From contig CAYIZI010000001.1 of NCBI GenBank assembly GCA_964368135.1, positions 42,926-106,925 on the forward strand: DNA of 64,000 nucleotides, read 5' to 3'. The notes under the pieces are model-generated. The model had not been told where the DNA came from. It was given only the letters and a program-made list of their open reading frames with translations, and ran no database searches. Of the stretch, positions 8,414 to 17,159 are shown piece after piece; within the stretch, counting starts at the first letter, position 1, and every line of letters starts with the position of its first letter. The position numbers were made by a program, and so were the translations under genes. Origin of the DNA: an uncultured Candidatus Saccharibacteria bacterium. GTDB taxonomy: Bacteria; Patescibacteriota; Minisyncoccia; 2-02-FULL-40-12.

Positions 8414-9463
8414 TTACAAAACTTCAACCTCCACCAGCGGCCACGGACCAAAGTCGCCTTTGTGAAGAATCCCGGCTTTGGGACCGTATTGAGCCACTAC
8501 CGAAGAAGCATTAGCTGTGGCGAATTGGATTGATTTAGTGATATCGCCATTAGATAAAATGTATTGAGCAGTAAAACCTGAAACAAAAGCGTCGCCGGCG
8601 CCGGTGCGTTCAACTTTCGGCGAATCCGGTGTCCCAGCCCGATAAATATTTTTCTTATCTGAAACCAAAACTCCTTTTGGCCCGAGCGTCAAAACCACAA
8701 TCCCCTTCACCAGCTTATCCAATTCTTTTAAAACATCTTCTTTGGTCATTCCTCCATTAGAGTTTGACTGGTCATTGGGATTTGTAATTTGGGATTTTAG
8801 CAAGCTTTTTGCTTCTTCCAAATTGACGCTGAAAATATCAACCTCCGTCAGATAAGGTCTTAAATTCTCTAACCCATTAGCTATCTCTTTTCCGCCAGGA
8901 TTAAAAGCAATTTTAAAATTCCTGGTACTAATATATTCAAATGCTTTTTGTAATAAATCCAAGTTCCCGCCCAGACTGCCTAAAAAAAACCACTTGGCTT
9001 TTAATTTTTTCCATTTAATTTCCTGAAGATTAAGATGTTGACCCTCGCCTTTGTAGCTTAAAATAGTTCGTTCAGCATTTGGATGGACTAAGATAACCGA
9101 GTAAGCGGTGTAATCATCTTTATGAGTCACAAAAAATAGCTTAACTCTTTCTCGTTTTAACTCTTTAATCACCTCTTTTCCGTTAAAATCATTGCCAACC
9201 ATACTGACACAGCCGGTCTTAAGGCCTTGCCTGGCAAAAGTTACGGCTGTATTGGTTGCTCCACCGCCGGTGGTAAAAACAACCTCTCTTATTTCAATCT
9301 TCGCGCCCAAAGGAAAACACTGCTCCACACCGGTCGGCGAATCAGCCCGGCCTTCACTTGCACGCAAGTGAGGGCCGTGCTTGCGGATTTCAAAACCCTC
9401 GCTTTTCAAAAAGACATCGCGGGTAGCCGAACCAATCGTAATAATATCTAATATACTAAACAT
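8414..9463 (-). CDS. PfkB-family carbohydrate kinase (ribokinase-like)
   Basis: N-terminal DIITIGSATRDVF, GG motif, C-terminal GAGDAFVSGF anion-hole motif; internal low-complexity insert NPNDQSNSNGG. Confidence 0.7.
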   Translation of the reverse strand: MFSILDIITIGSATRDVFLKSEGFEIRKHGPHLRASEGRADSPTGVEQCFPLGAKIEIREVVFTTGGGATNTAVTFARQGLKTGCVSMVGNDFNGKEVIKELKRERVKLFFVTHKDDYTAYSVILVHPNAERTILSYKGEGQHLNLQEIKWKKLKAKWFFLGSLGGNLDLLQKAFEYISTRNFKIAFNPGGKEIANGLENLRPYLTEVDIFSVNLEEAKSLLKSQITNPNDQSNSNGGMTKEDVLKELDKLVKGIVVLTLGPKGVLVSDKKNIYRAGTPDSPKVERTGAGDAFVSGFTAQYILSNGDITKSIQFATANASSVVAQYGPKAGILHKGDFGPWPLVEVEVL

Positions 9464-10091
9464 TGCTCGTCGTTAATTCTTTTAATGCCTCTCCAATATT
9501 ATCGCTCTTAAAAATATAGCTTCCGACTGCTGCCCGGCTAACCCCGACAGCTTCAACCAACTTTACTATTTCGGGTTTAATTCCGCCATCAACCTGAATT
9601 ACCTTATTTGGATATTGGCTTTGGAAATTCTTGATTTTCTCCAAAACTTCTGGCAAAAACGGCGAACCGTAAAAACCAGGGTCTACAGTCATGAACTGGA
9701 CTAAATCAATCCGATCTGTATAAGGTTCCGATACTATCCAGTTTGTTTGGGGATTAAAAACAAGGCCAATCTCTTTACCATTGGTGCTTAATTCATTTAT
9801 AACGGCATCAATCTCGGCGGTACTCTCCCAATGAATTAGAAACCTTATGGCTTTTGTTTTTAGCCAGCGGCCGATCTGGCCCTCCGGATTATTAACCATC
9901 AAATGAACTTCAAAGTTAAGTTTTGTGTTTATTTTTTGCAATTCCTCATAGCCGCCGATAGTTTTATTCGGCACAAATGCACCATCGGCAATATCTAAGT
10001 GGACTAAATCAGTATGAGGCTCTACCGCGCGAATCATTGTTTCAAATTCTTCTGGCGTTTTAGCGAGGATGGCAGGAATAATTTTTATCAT
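9456..10091 (-). CDS. rpe: Ribulose-phosphate 3-epimerase
   Basis: HLDIADGAFVPN, HLMV, MTVDPGF motifs. Confidence 0.85.
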   Translation of the reverse strand: MIKIIPAILAKTPEEFETMIRAVEPHTDLVHLDIADGAFVPNKTIGGYEELQKINTKLNFEVHLMVNNPEGQIGRWLKTKAIRFLIHWESTAEIDAVINELSTNGKEIGLVFNPQTNWIVSEPYTDRIDLVQFMTVDPGFYGSPFLPEVLEKIKNFQSQYPNKVIQVDGGIKPEIVKLVEAVGVSRAAVGSYIFKSDNIGEALKELTTSNV

Positions 10092-11053
10092 ATCAAATTC
10101 GGCGGTGTTTTCCCTTCCAGTGCCTCAATTATATTTTTCGCGGTCAGTTCGGCCATCTTATTTCTTGTTTCTTCGGTGGCCGAAGCAATGTGGGGAGTCA
10201 AAATTATGTTGTTTAATCTTAACAGCTCGGGCTCCACTTTAGGCTCGTTTTCAAAAACATCAATCGCCGCTCCGCGAATCCAGCCATCGCTCAAAGCCCT
10301 GGCTAAAGCTTTTTCATCTATCACCGGCCCTCGGGAAGTATTTACTAAATAAGACGTTCTCTTCATTGACTTTAACCGGTTCTCATTGATTAAGTGGCGA
10401 GTTGATTCAAGAAGCGGAACGTGCAAAGAAACATAATCGCATTGGGGCAGTAGATTATCAATATTATTAAAAAAACTGGCCCCAAATTCTTCTTCAAACT
10501 TCTCGTCCTGTTTTACGTCAGTGTATAAAACTTTCATTCCAAAACCTTTGACCGCATGATAAGCAACCCGCGAACCGATTCGGCCAAGCCCAACCACGCC
10601 CAAATTTTTACCAGACAAATCACTGCCGAGCATTAGCATCGGCCCCCAGGCCTGATACAATCCGGCTCGGGTAAATTTATCGGCTTCGGCAATGCGATGG
10701 CTTATTGCCAACATCAAAGCAAAGGTGTGCTCGGCTACGGTATCGGTCAAGACGCCGGGCGTATTAGTAACCATTATGTTTCTTGTTTTGGCCGCTTCTA
10801 AATCAATATTGTCAAAACCAACCGCCATATTGGCGATTATTTTCAGACTCGGCAAGCCGGCATCCATAACTTCTCCATCAATCTGGTCGGTTAAAACAGA
10901 AAGTAAAGCATCAGCCCCTTTAATGCCAACTAAAATTTCCTCTTTGTCTGCCGGTCGATCCCTTGCCTGTTCGTTAACTAAAATCTCATAGCCCTTGCCG
11001 CGCAGCATTTCCACTCCTGCCTCCGGAATTGGTCTGGTAATAAATATTTTCAT
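10088..11053 (-). CDS. D-isomer-specific 2-hydroxyacid dehydrogenase (glycerate/hydroxypyruvate reductase or PGDH-like)
   Basis: NAD-binding GVVGLGRIGSRVA, catalytic region AIDVFENEP...TPHIAS. Confidence 0.75.
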   Translation of the reverse strand: MKIFITRPIPEAGVEMLRGKGYEILVNEQARDRPADKEEILVGIKGADALLSVLTDQIDGEVMDAGLPSLKIIANMAVGFDNIDLEAAKTRNIMVTNTPGVLTDTVAEHTFALMLAISHRIAEADKFTRAGLYQAWGPMLMLGSDLSGKNLGVVGLGRIGSRVAYHAVKGFGMKVLYTDVKQDEKFEEEFGASFFNNIDNLLPQCDYVSLHVPLLESTRHLINENRLKSMKRTSYLVNTSRGPVIDEKALARALSDGWIRGAAIDVFENEPKVEPELLRLNNIILTPHIASATEETRNKMAELTAKNIIEALEGKTPPNLI

Positions 11054-11493
11054 AATTGATCAATCTTATTGATCCTTCTGACGTGTCTCTCTTCGCCGGT
11101 AAATTTGGTCTTGAACCAAATCTCAAGCGCTTTTTTAGCCGCTTCTTCATTTACAAAAAAAGTGCCAAGCGATAATACATTAGCGTTATTATGCTCGCGA
11201 GCCAGCTTAATGATTTCTTCTGAACCTCCCTCATATACGGCAGCCCTTACTCCTCTATACCGATTAGCCACCATTGCCTCGCCCTGGCCGGACATACCCA
11301 AAACTATAGCTTCCGAGTTTTCCGGGTCTTGAGAAACTTTTTGGGCAGCTTTGTGAACAAAATCCGGATAATCATCGTCTTTATCATAAACGAAAGCACC
11401 CATGTCTACATATGGATAACCCCACTCGGTCAACCATTCTTTAATTTTCTCTTTAAGTTTAAAACCGCGATGATCGGTAGCTAGGTATATCAT
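11050..11493 (-). CDS. rpiB: Ribose-5-phosphate isomerase B (RpiB/LacAB family)
   Basis: MIYLATDHRGFKLKEKI..., 147 aa, RpiB fold signature. Confidence 0.85.
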   Translation of the reverse strand: MIYLATDHRGFKLKEKIKEWLTEWGYPYVDMGAFVYDKDDDYPDFVHKAAQKVSQDPENSEAIVLGMSGQGEAMVANRYRGVRAAVYEGGSEEIIKLAREHNNANVLSLGTFFVNEEAAKKALEIWFKTKFTGEERHVRRINKIDQL

Positions 11494-12497
11494 CTTAGTC
11501 TATTAAGATAATTAACCGCTTGGAGCAGGGCGCAAGTACCCTGTCCGGCGGCAATGACAATCTGCTTAAACGGCACATCAGTCACGTCGCCGGCGGCAAA
11601 AAGACCCGGAATATTAGTTTCACAGTTTTTGGAAACCACAATTTCGCCGAAATTATTCTTCTCGACGCCTTCGGACACAAGACCGCTATTTGGCACCATG
11701 CCGATATGAATAAAAATACCGTCAACTTTCAGCTCCGACGTTTCAGTCGGAGCCCCGACTTCCGACGTCGGGGTTCCTTTATTTATTTGATACATTAATC
11801 CCCTAACAAAACCATCGCCAAAAATACTGGTGGTTTTAGCATTATAAATCACCTCCACATTTTTCTTGTTCAATAAATTATCTATCAAAACCTGGTCGCC
11901 CTTGAAAGCCGGGTTTTTGTTTATAACATAAACTTTTGAAGCAATATCAGCCATCATTATGCCAGCTTCCAAAGCCGAGTTGCCGCCGCCGATTACAGCC
12001 ACAGTTTTCCCCGGAAACAGGGGGCCGTCGCAAACCGTACAATAACTCACCCCTTTGTTTCTTAATTCTTTCTCGCCCGGGACATTCAACTCTCGGGGGT
12101 GGACGCCGGTGGTTACTATCACGGTTTTAGCGATATAATCGCATTTTGGGGCGCTATTTCCATCTTCTGATATCTTCTCGGCGGCCATAGTCGTTTCTTT
12201 TCCGGTCTTGGCGGTTATACAAAAAGTGCCGTCTTCCTGTTTTGAAATTTTTTCAACTTCAACTCCGATTTCCGGCTCAACGCCGTAGTCGGACAGATGC
12301 TTTTTGAATTTATCGGCCAATTCAATGCCGTCGGTATCAGGCACACCCGGATAATTATCTACTTCGCCGGAAGTAGCCACCTCCCCGCCAAAATCCTTGG
12401 AAATTATTTTGAAACTCAAGTTCCGCCGCACCGCATAAATGGCGGCAGCCGTTGCGGCCGCCGAACCACCAATAATAATTAAATCGTATTTATTCAT
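11490..12497 (-). CDS. trxB: Thioredoxin-disulfide reductase
   Basis: FAD motif YDLIIIGGSAAATAA, redox-active CTVCDG, NADPH motif VIGGGNSALEAG; start trimmed to the ATG at 12497. Confidence 0.85.
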   Translation of the reverse strand: MNKYDLIIIGGSAAATAAAIYAVRRNLSFKIISKDFGGEVATSGEVDNYPGVPDTDGIELADKFKKHLSDYGVEPEIGVEVEKISKQEDGTFCITAKTGKETTMAAEKISEDGNSAPKCDYIAKTVIVTTGVHPRELNVPGEKELRNKGVSYCTVCDGPLFPGKTVAVIGGGNSALEAGIMMADIASKVYVINKNPAFKGDQVLIDNLLNKKNVEVIYNAKTTSIFGDGFVRGLMYQINKGTPTSEVGAPTETSELKVDGIFIHIGMVPNSGLVSEGVEKNNFGEIVVSKNCETNIPGLFAAGDVTDVPFKQIVIAAGQGTCALLQAVNYLNRLR

Positions 12498-12560
12498 AAA
12501 ATAATCATAACAGATAATCCCGCAAACAAAAAACCCAACTGGGGTTAAAACCAACTGGGT

Positions 12561-12950
12561 TTAAAAACTGATCGCTATCCTCAAATTATGAGTTCCGGCA
12601 ATGGTGTGGGCAACGGTTATGGCAACAGGCAACAGATACCACAGTTTGTGGTCTCTTTTCTTCATTTCATAGCTAGCATAGAACACCCCGGCGTCGACAG
12701 ATCCTTGAACCACATAGAGCCACGGCTTCCCTGCTTCTACAAAAGGTCTCATCAAGGGATTTAGCTCTCGGCCATTCTCATGCCTGCTAAAGGCAAAATA
12801 GGTGCTCTCCACGTCATAAATTGTGGAGCCGATCATAAGGGAATTCACGGTCCAGAATTTACTGTCGGCCACTTTTTCTTGCGTCTGGGCAAATGCCATA
12901 GAGCCGATCAGTAGTAAAAAAATGCTCAAAATCAGTGTTTTCTTCGGCAT
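12561..12950 (-). CDS. Hypothetical small secreted protein (signal peptide)
   Basis: N-terminal signal-like MPKKTLILSIFLLLIGSMAFAQ; no family recognised. Confidence 0.4.
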   Translation of the reverse strand: MPKKTLILSIFLLLIGSMAFAQTQEKVADSKFWTVNSLMIGSTIYDVESTYFAFSRHENGRELNPLMRPFVEAGKPWLYVVQGSVDAGVFYASYEMKKRDHKLWYLLPVAITVAHTIAGTHNLRIAISF

Positions 12951-13006
12951 TTCCTTCCGCCTTTCTTTTTAAACTGCTAATATATATTATACCACTAAAC
13001 GCCAAA

Positions 13007-14404
13007 ATGAAAAGGTACCTGCTGATAATCCTGGCTCTAAGTATTGCGACTCATTTCGCTTTTTTCGGCTATCCGCCAGAAACGGTCTTTGACGAAGTTC
13101 ACTTTGGGAAGTTTGTTTCCGGCTACTTTACCGGCGAATACTATTTTGACATTCATCCGCCGCTGGGAAAACTTATCATTGCCGGCATGGCTAAAATTTC
13201 GGGCTTTGAGCCGGGCTTTTCTTTTGAAACCATCGGCCAGGAATACCAGGATAACTCTTATAAATGGTTAAGATTTTTACCAAAACTTGCCGGTAGCCTA
13301 TTACCGGCAATTGCTTTCTTAATCGCATTGGAGTTAGGCATCAGCCAGAAATTCGCCTTTCTGGCCGGACTGCTGATTGTTTTTGAAAACTCATTACTTG
13401 TTCAGTCGCGTCTTATTCTACTTGACTCTTTTCTGCTTCTTTTTGGATTTTTAGGAATCCTTTTTTATCTTAAATTTAGAAAAACCGACGATCTAAAACC
13501 TAAAACCTATCCGGCTATCTGGCTTTTTCTTGCTGGTTTCTTCGCCGCCTTAGCCGCCTCAATAAAATGGACTGGCCTTGGCTTTCTGGCTTTAATGGGG
13601 ATTTTTTATTTTATCAATTTACTCAAATCCCCAGTAGCAGAACCTCGCAGACTCGGCTCACTACGGGGCACGGCAGAAGAAAAGTTAAAACTGGCACTTA
13701 AGGGCCTGGTGTTTTTAATAGTCATACCGTTTATGATTTACTTTTTAATTTTCGCTGTTCATTTTACCTTCCTTGATAAACCAGGGCCAGGTCTTGCCTT
13801 CCATCCGCCTAATTTTCAGGAAGATAATATTTTTAAAAAATTTGTTGAACTGAATACTGAACTTTATGCAAGCAATGCCCGGCTTACCGCCACTCATCCC
13901 TATTCCAGCCAGTGGTATGAGTGGCCGCTTATGATTCGCTCGGTTTTTTACTGGCAAGGAGACAACGAACGCATCTATCTTTTAGGCAATCCGCTGATTT
14001 ACTGGCTCTCAACAGTTGCCGTGATTTATTTTTTAGTTAACTTTTTCAAAAATAGAAAAAATTTCAGTTATTCGTCCCGATTCGCTTCCAGCGAATCGAG
14101 GATCCTCGATTTTCGTTTACGAAAATCGGGATTATTAGTTATCGGTTATTTGTTAAACTTATTGCCTTTCATCTTCATCGGCCGGGTGATGTTTCTGTAC
14201 CATTACTTCATCTCCCTGATTTTCGCGGTTTTAATTACGGCTTATTCACTGGATAAACTTGATTTTGAGCATAAAAAAACTGCCTTCAATGCAATTTTAG
14301 CTGGTTCAGTAGTTTTGTTTCTATTTTTCTCGCCATTGACTTACGGCTTCTCGATTCCAGAATGGTATTATAAGCTTTTAGTCTGGTTACCTTCTTGGAG
14401 ATAA
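13007..14404 (+). CDS. Dolichyl/polyprenyl-phosphate-mannose-protein mannosyltransferase family (PMT, GT39-like GT-C)
   Basis: DEVHFGKF and YFDIHPPLGKL PMT motifs, ~11 TM helices; start set at ATG 13007 (MKRYLL), preceded by tatatattat. Confidence 0.7.
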   Translation: MKRYLLIILALSIATHFAFFGYPPETVFDEVHFGKFVSGYFTGEYYFDIHPPLGKLIIAGMAKISGFEPGFSFETIGQEYQDNSYKWLRFLPKLAGSLLPAIAFLIALELGISQKFAFLAGLLIVFENSLLVQSRLILLDSFLLLFGFLGILFYLKFRKTDDLKPKTYPAIWLFLAGFFAALAASIKWTGLGFLALMGIFYFINLLKSPVAEPRRLGSLRGTAEEKLKLALKGLVFLIVIPFMIYFLIFAVHFTFLDKPGPGLAFHPPNFQEDNIFKKFVELNTELYASNARLTATHPYSSQWYEWPLMIRSVFYWQGDNERIYLLGNPLIYWLSTVAVIYFLVNFFKNRKNFSYSSRFASSESRILDFRLRKSGLLVIGYLLNLLPFIFIGRVMFLYHYFISLIFAVLITAYSLDKLDFEHKKTAFNAILAGSVVLFLFFSPLTYGFSIPEWYYKLLVWLPSWR

Positions 14405-14411
14405 AAAAAGA

Positions 14412-14441
14412 GCCTCGTTTCTCCTTGCGAAGAAACGGGGC
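14412..14441. terminator. Stem-loop right after the PMT stop; reads as an intrinsic terminator for the minus-strand glutaredoxin gene
   Basis: gcctcgtttct-N8-agaaacggggc (one mismatch); on the minus strand followed by the T-run 14403-14410. Confidence 0.4.
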
Positions 14442-14606
14442 TGGCGAATCACCTGATATAAAGAAGTTCCTTAGTGGAAATAATAGTACTAAACCTCAAT
14501 TTTTCTTAATTTAATGTTGATTTTTACCATTACTGTCCACTAAGCAACCTCCCCTTTTCCCCTGATAATGCCATTATAACACAGCTATATTTGTTGTCAA
14601 GTTTTG

Positions 14607-14849
14607 TTAATTTACCCCGAGTGCTTCATCTATCGCCCCTCGGTCAAATCCAACAATCACCTTGCCGTCAATTAAAATCAGCGGCACAGCCATTTGGCCG
14701 CTTATCTGAACAAGCTCCTGAATTCTGTCAGGATTCTTGCCCAAATCTATTTCTTCATACTCAACTCCTTTTTCTTTAAAGTATTCTTTAGCCCCCTTGC
14801 AGTAAACGCAAGTCGGAGTGGTGTAAATTTTTACGGTTTTTTGTTCCAT
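14607..14849 (-). CDS. Glutaredoxin-like protein (NrdH/Grx family)
   Basis: 80 aa, CVYC redox motif, thioredoxin-fold pattern (KIYTTPTCVYCKGAKEYF). Confidence 0.7.
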   Translation of the reverse strand: MEQKTVKIYTTPTCVYCKGAKEYFKEKGVEYEEIDLGKNPDRIQELVQISGQMAVPLILIDGKVIVGFDRGAIDEALGVN

Positions 14850-14857
14850 TAATTTAA

Positions 14858-14895
14858 TTATAACAAAAGAAAAAATATCATCAAGATGATATAAT
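14858..14895. promoter_or_regulatory. Divergent promoter region with two TATAAT boxes 6-8 nt from the start codons (leaderless-type) and an ATCATC-AA-GATGAT palindrome
   Basis: Plus-strand tataat 14890-14895, ATG at 14902; minus-strand tataat (attata 14858-14863), ATG at 14849; palindrome 14877-14890. Confidence 0.35.
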
Positions 14896-14901
14896 CAAAA
14901 T

Positions 14902-16050
14902 ATGAGAACAGGAATTGCGAATTTTACTTTAGATTACGGAAAAGCCCCCCGGTGGCTGATTGAACGGATGGTAAAACTCGGCCGGATAATCGGCATTGCT
15001 ATTGTTGAAGAATTCGGAACCGAGGAATTCATAAAACGGCTGTCTGATCCGGTCTGGTTTCAGAGTCTTGGCTGTGTCCTTGCTTTTGACTGGAACGCAT
15101 CGGGTCTCACCACAACCACCATGGGCGCCCTAAAAGAGGCCTTTCGCGGACTTGAGCAAGAATTCGGCATTTATATTTGCGGCGGCAAAGGCAAAACCTC
15201 GCGCAAAACGCCTGATGAAATTTTTGATTGGGGATTAAAAATTGGGCTGGACGAAAACAAGGGTAAACGGTTGATTTTTGCTTCCAAAGCCGCGGCCAAA
15301 GTAGATAGTTCTCTGATTCAAGACGGTTTTCAAATCTATCACCATAATTTTATCTTCACTCATAACGGAAAATGGTCAGTAATCCAGCAAGGCATGAATA
15401 CAATTTGGCAAAAAGCCAGGCGCTACCACTGGTTCGGCGATTTAACTTTGTCTGATTTTGTGAACGAGCCTCATAGCGGTATCGCCAGTCAGGCAAAATT
15501 AAAACAGGTATTAAATCTAACCTCTGGCCATAGCGAGAAAAATAGAGTCATATCAACTCAATTGGTGGATGACCGGAAAAATTTAGTCAAAGATATTAAT
15601 CTTATCCAAACATTCTCAAACCCAACAGCTTCCCTTTTTGAAAATGATGGAGTAAAAATCCTCAACCTGACTGACAATGACTTTAGAACTCATCGGGTGG
15701 TAGATGAAAAAATCAATTTTGAATCGCCGCATCTCAAAAAAAGCTTTGATAAAATTTTCACCGAACAGCCAAAAACCTTTCAAGATTTAATGATGATCCG
15801 CGGCGTCGGGCCAAAAACTATTCGCGCCTTGTCTTTGGTCGCCGAAATAATCTATGGCGCCAAGCCCTCATACGAGGACCCGGCCCGCTACTCATTTGCC
15901 CATGGCGGCAAAGACCATATCCCCTACCCGGTTGACCGCCAGACTTATGACAAAACCATTGACATTATGGGGCGAGCCGTCAGAAACGCTAAGAATCTCT
16001 CCTCAAAAGAAAAAGACGGCGTCCAGCGCCGCCTTGCCCAGATAAATTGA
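14902..16050 (+). CDS. DUF763-family protein (archaeal-type uncharacterised protein with C-terminal HhH-like segment)
   Basis: 382 aa; C-terminal RGVGPKTIRALSLVAEIIYGAKPSYEDPARYSFAHGGKDHIPYP; overall resemblance to DUF763; TGA stop at 16048-16050. Confidence 0.5.
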   Translation: MRTGIANFTLDYGKAPRWLIERMVKLGRIIGIAIVEEFGTEEFIKRLSDPVWFQSLGCVLAFDWNASGLTTTTMGALKEAFRGLEQEFGIYICGGKGKTSRKTPDEIFDWGLKIGLDENKGKRLIFASKAAAKVDSSLIQDGFQIYHHNFIFTHNGKWSVIQQGMNTIWQKARRYHWFGDLTLSDFVNEPHSGIASQAKLKQVLNLTSGHSEKNRVISTQLVDDRKNLVKDINLIQTFSNPTASLFENDGVKILNLTDNDFRTHRVVDEKINFESPHLKKSFDKIFTEQPKTFQDLMMIRGVGPKTIRALSLVAEIIYGAKPSYEDPARYSFAHGGKDHIPYPVDRQTYDKTIDIMGRAVRNAKNLSSKEKDGVQRRLAQIN

Positions 16051-16055
16051 GAGTT

Positions 16056-16813
16056 TCAAAGATTAATGAGCTTCTGGGCCAGCTTTCTCACCCCCTCTTT
16101 CCACAGAGCCGGTTCGGTCGTGTCAATGTCAGCCAGAAGATAAGCCGGCGGTTTTTTCAAAATCCACTTGCCGCCGCCTTCTCTGGACCAGCGATAATGG
16201 TGCGGCGTTCTCCGCCACATCTCCTTGAATTTAATCACTGCTCCTTTCTGCTGTCCCTTGCCTTCTTTCCAGGTGCTCTTTGCACCGCCGAAGAAATCTT
16301 CAGACGAATCTTCGTAAGAGGCTGAGAGCATTCGGCCCAACATCACTTCTGGATCAGTATAGGTTCGGATAAAGAAGAGTTCTGCTCCGGCCTTGGCGAC
16401 TTTTGCTTTCAAGCTGGCTCTTTTTTTCTCATCAGCAAAGTCAGCATCAAAAATGACATTGCCGCCCCGTTTCAAGATTTCAAGAGATACATTTTCGGCA
16501 ATCTGCCGGACATAGAGATACTTCTCGCCGACTTTTCGAAGCTGGACCCTGATCGCATCTCCTTCAATTACCACGCCGCCGATCCTCAAGCCAGCTCTTT
16601 GGCCACCGAGCTCTTGCCCGAACCGACAAGTCCCAAAAGAGCAACAACAACCCTGTTTTTGGTCTTGCGTTTGACAGGCCCAATATCAGACTGAACCTTG
16701 TTGATGAAGGCTTCTTGGGCCTTTTTTGCTTTAGCAGAGAGGGTTTCTTTCCTATGAACCATTACCTTCATGATAAAAGGCAGAATGGCCTCGGTCAATC
16801 TTCTAAACATCAC
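16056..16813 (-). pseudogene. AAA_33/zeta-toxin-like P-loop kinase split into two ORFs at a TTGA junction (16586-16589)
   Basis: ORF 16586..16813 ends in Walker A LLGLVGSGKSSVAKELA*; ORF 16056..16589 continues RIGGVVIEGDAIR...NVIFDADFADEKKR; a one-frame shift restores a single ~250-aa kinase. Confidence 0.5.
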
Positions 16814-16936
16814 TCACCTCCGTATACGTATAAAAGTTTAAAACCAACCCAAACGAGCTAATTTAAAAATACCACGAAAAACTAAGAGTGTCAAAAACAA
16901 AAACTGCAAACATGAAACTTTAGCTTAAGGGCCGCA

Positions 16937-17135
16937 GGGTATAGCCAATTTCCGAGAGTTCGGCCGGAGCAGATACAAATAACCGAAGCGAGTAAAAATT
17001 TGCCGGTAACACAAAGTTGGTGGAGGATCCAATTTTGTCGGCAAATTTTAGTGAGTAAATTCTTATTTACGAACAATACTCGCTGAGGATTATTTGTCTG
17101 CGGAGGTTGCTTGAGGAAATTGGCTATACCCGAGA
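16937..17135. repeat. ~200-nt palindromic structured element with perfect 17-bp terminal inverted repeats
   Basis: gggtatagccaatttcc (16937-16953) versus ggaaattggctataccc (17115-17131), each followed by gagag; nested internal stems (cgagta/tactcg; aaaatttgccg/cggcaaatttt; acaaagttgg/ccaattttgt). Confidence 0.6.
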
Positions 17136-17159
17136 GCCCTAATTGGATGTTTGCGGTTT

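Noticed and set aside
16891-17076. 61-aa ORF
   Set aside because: It lies across the stems of the palindromic element at 16937-17135. It has no RBS, and its translation is dictated by the inverted repeats.
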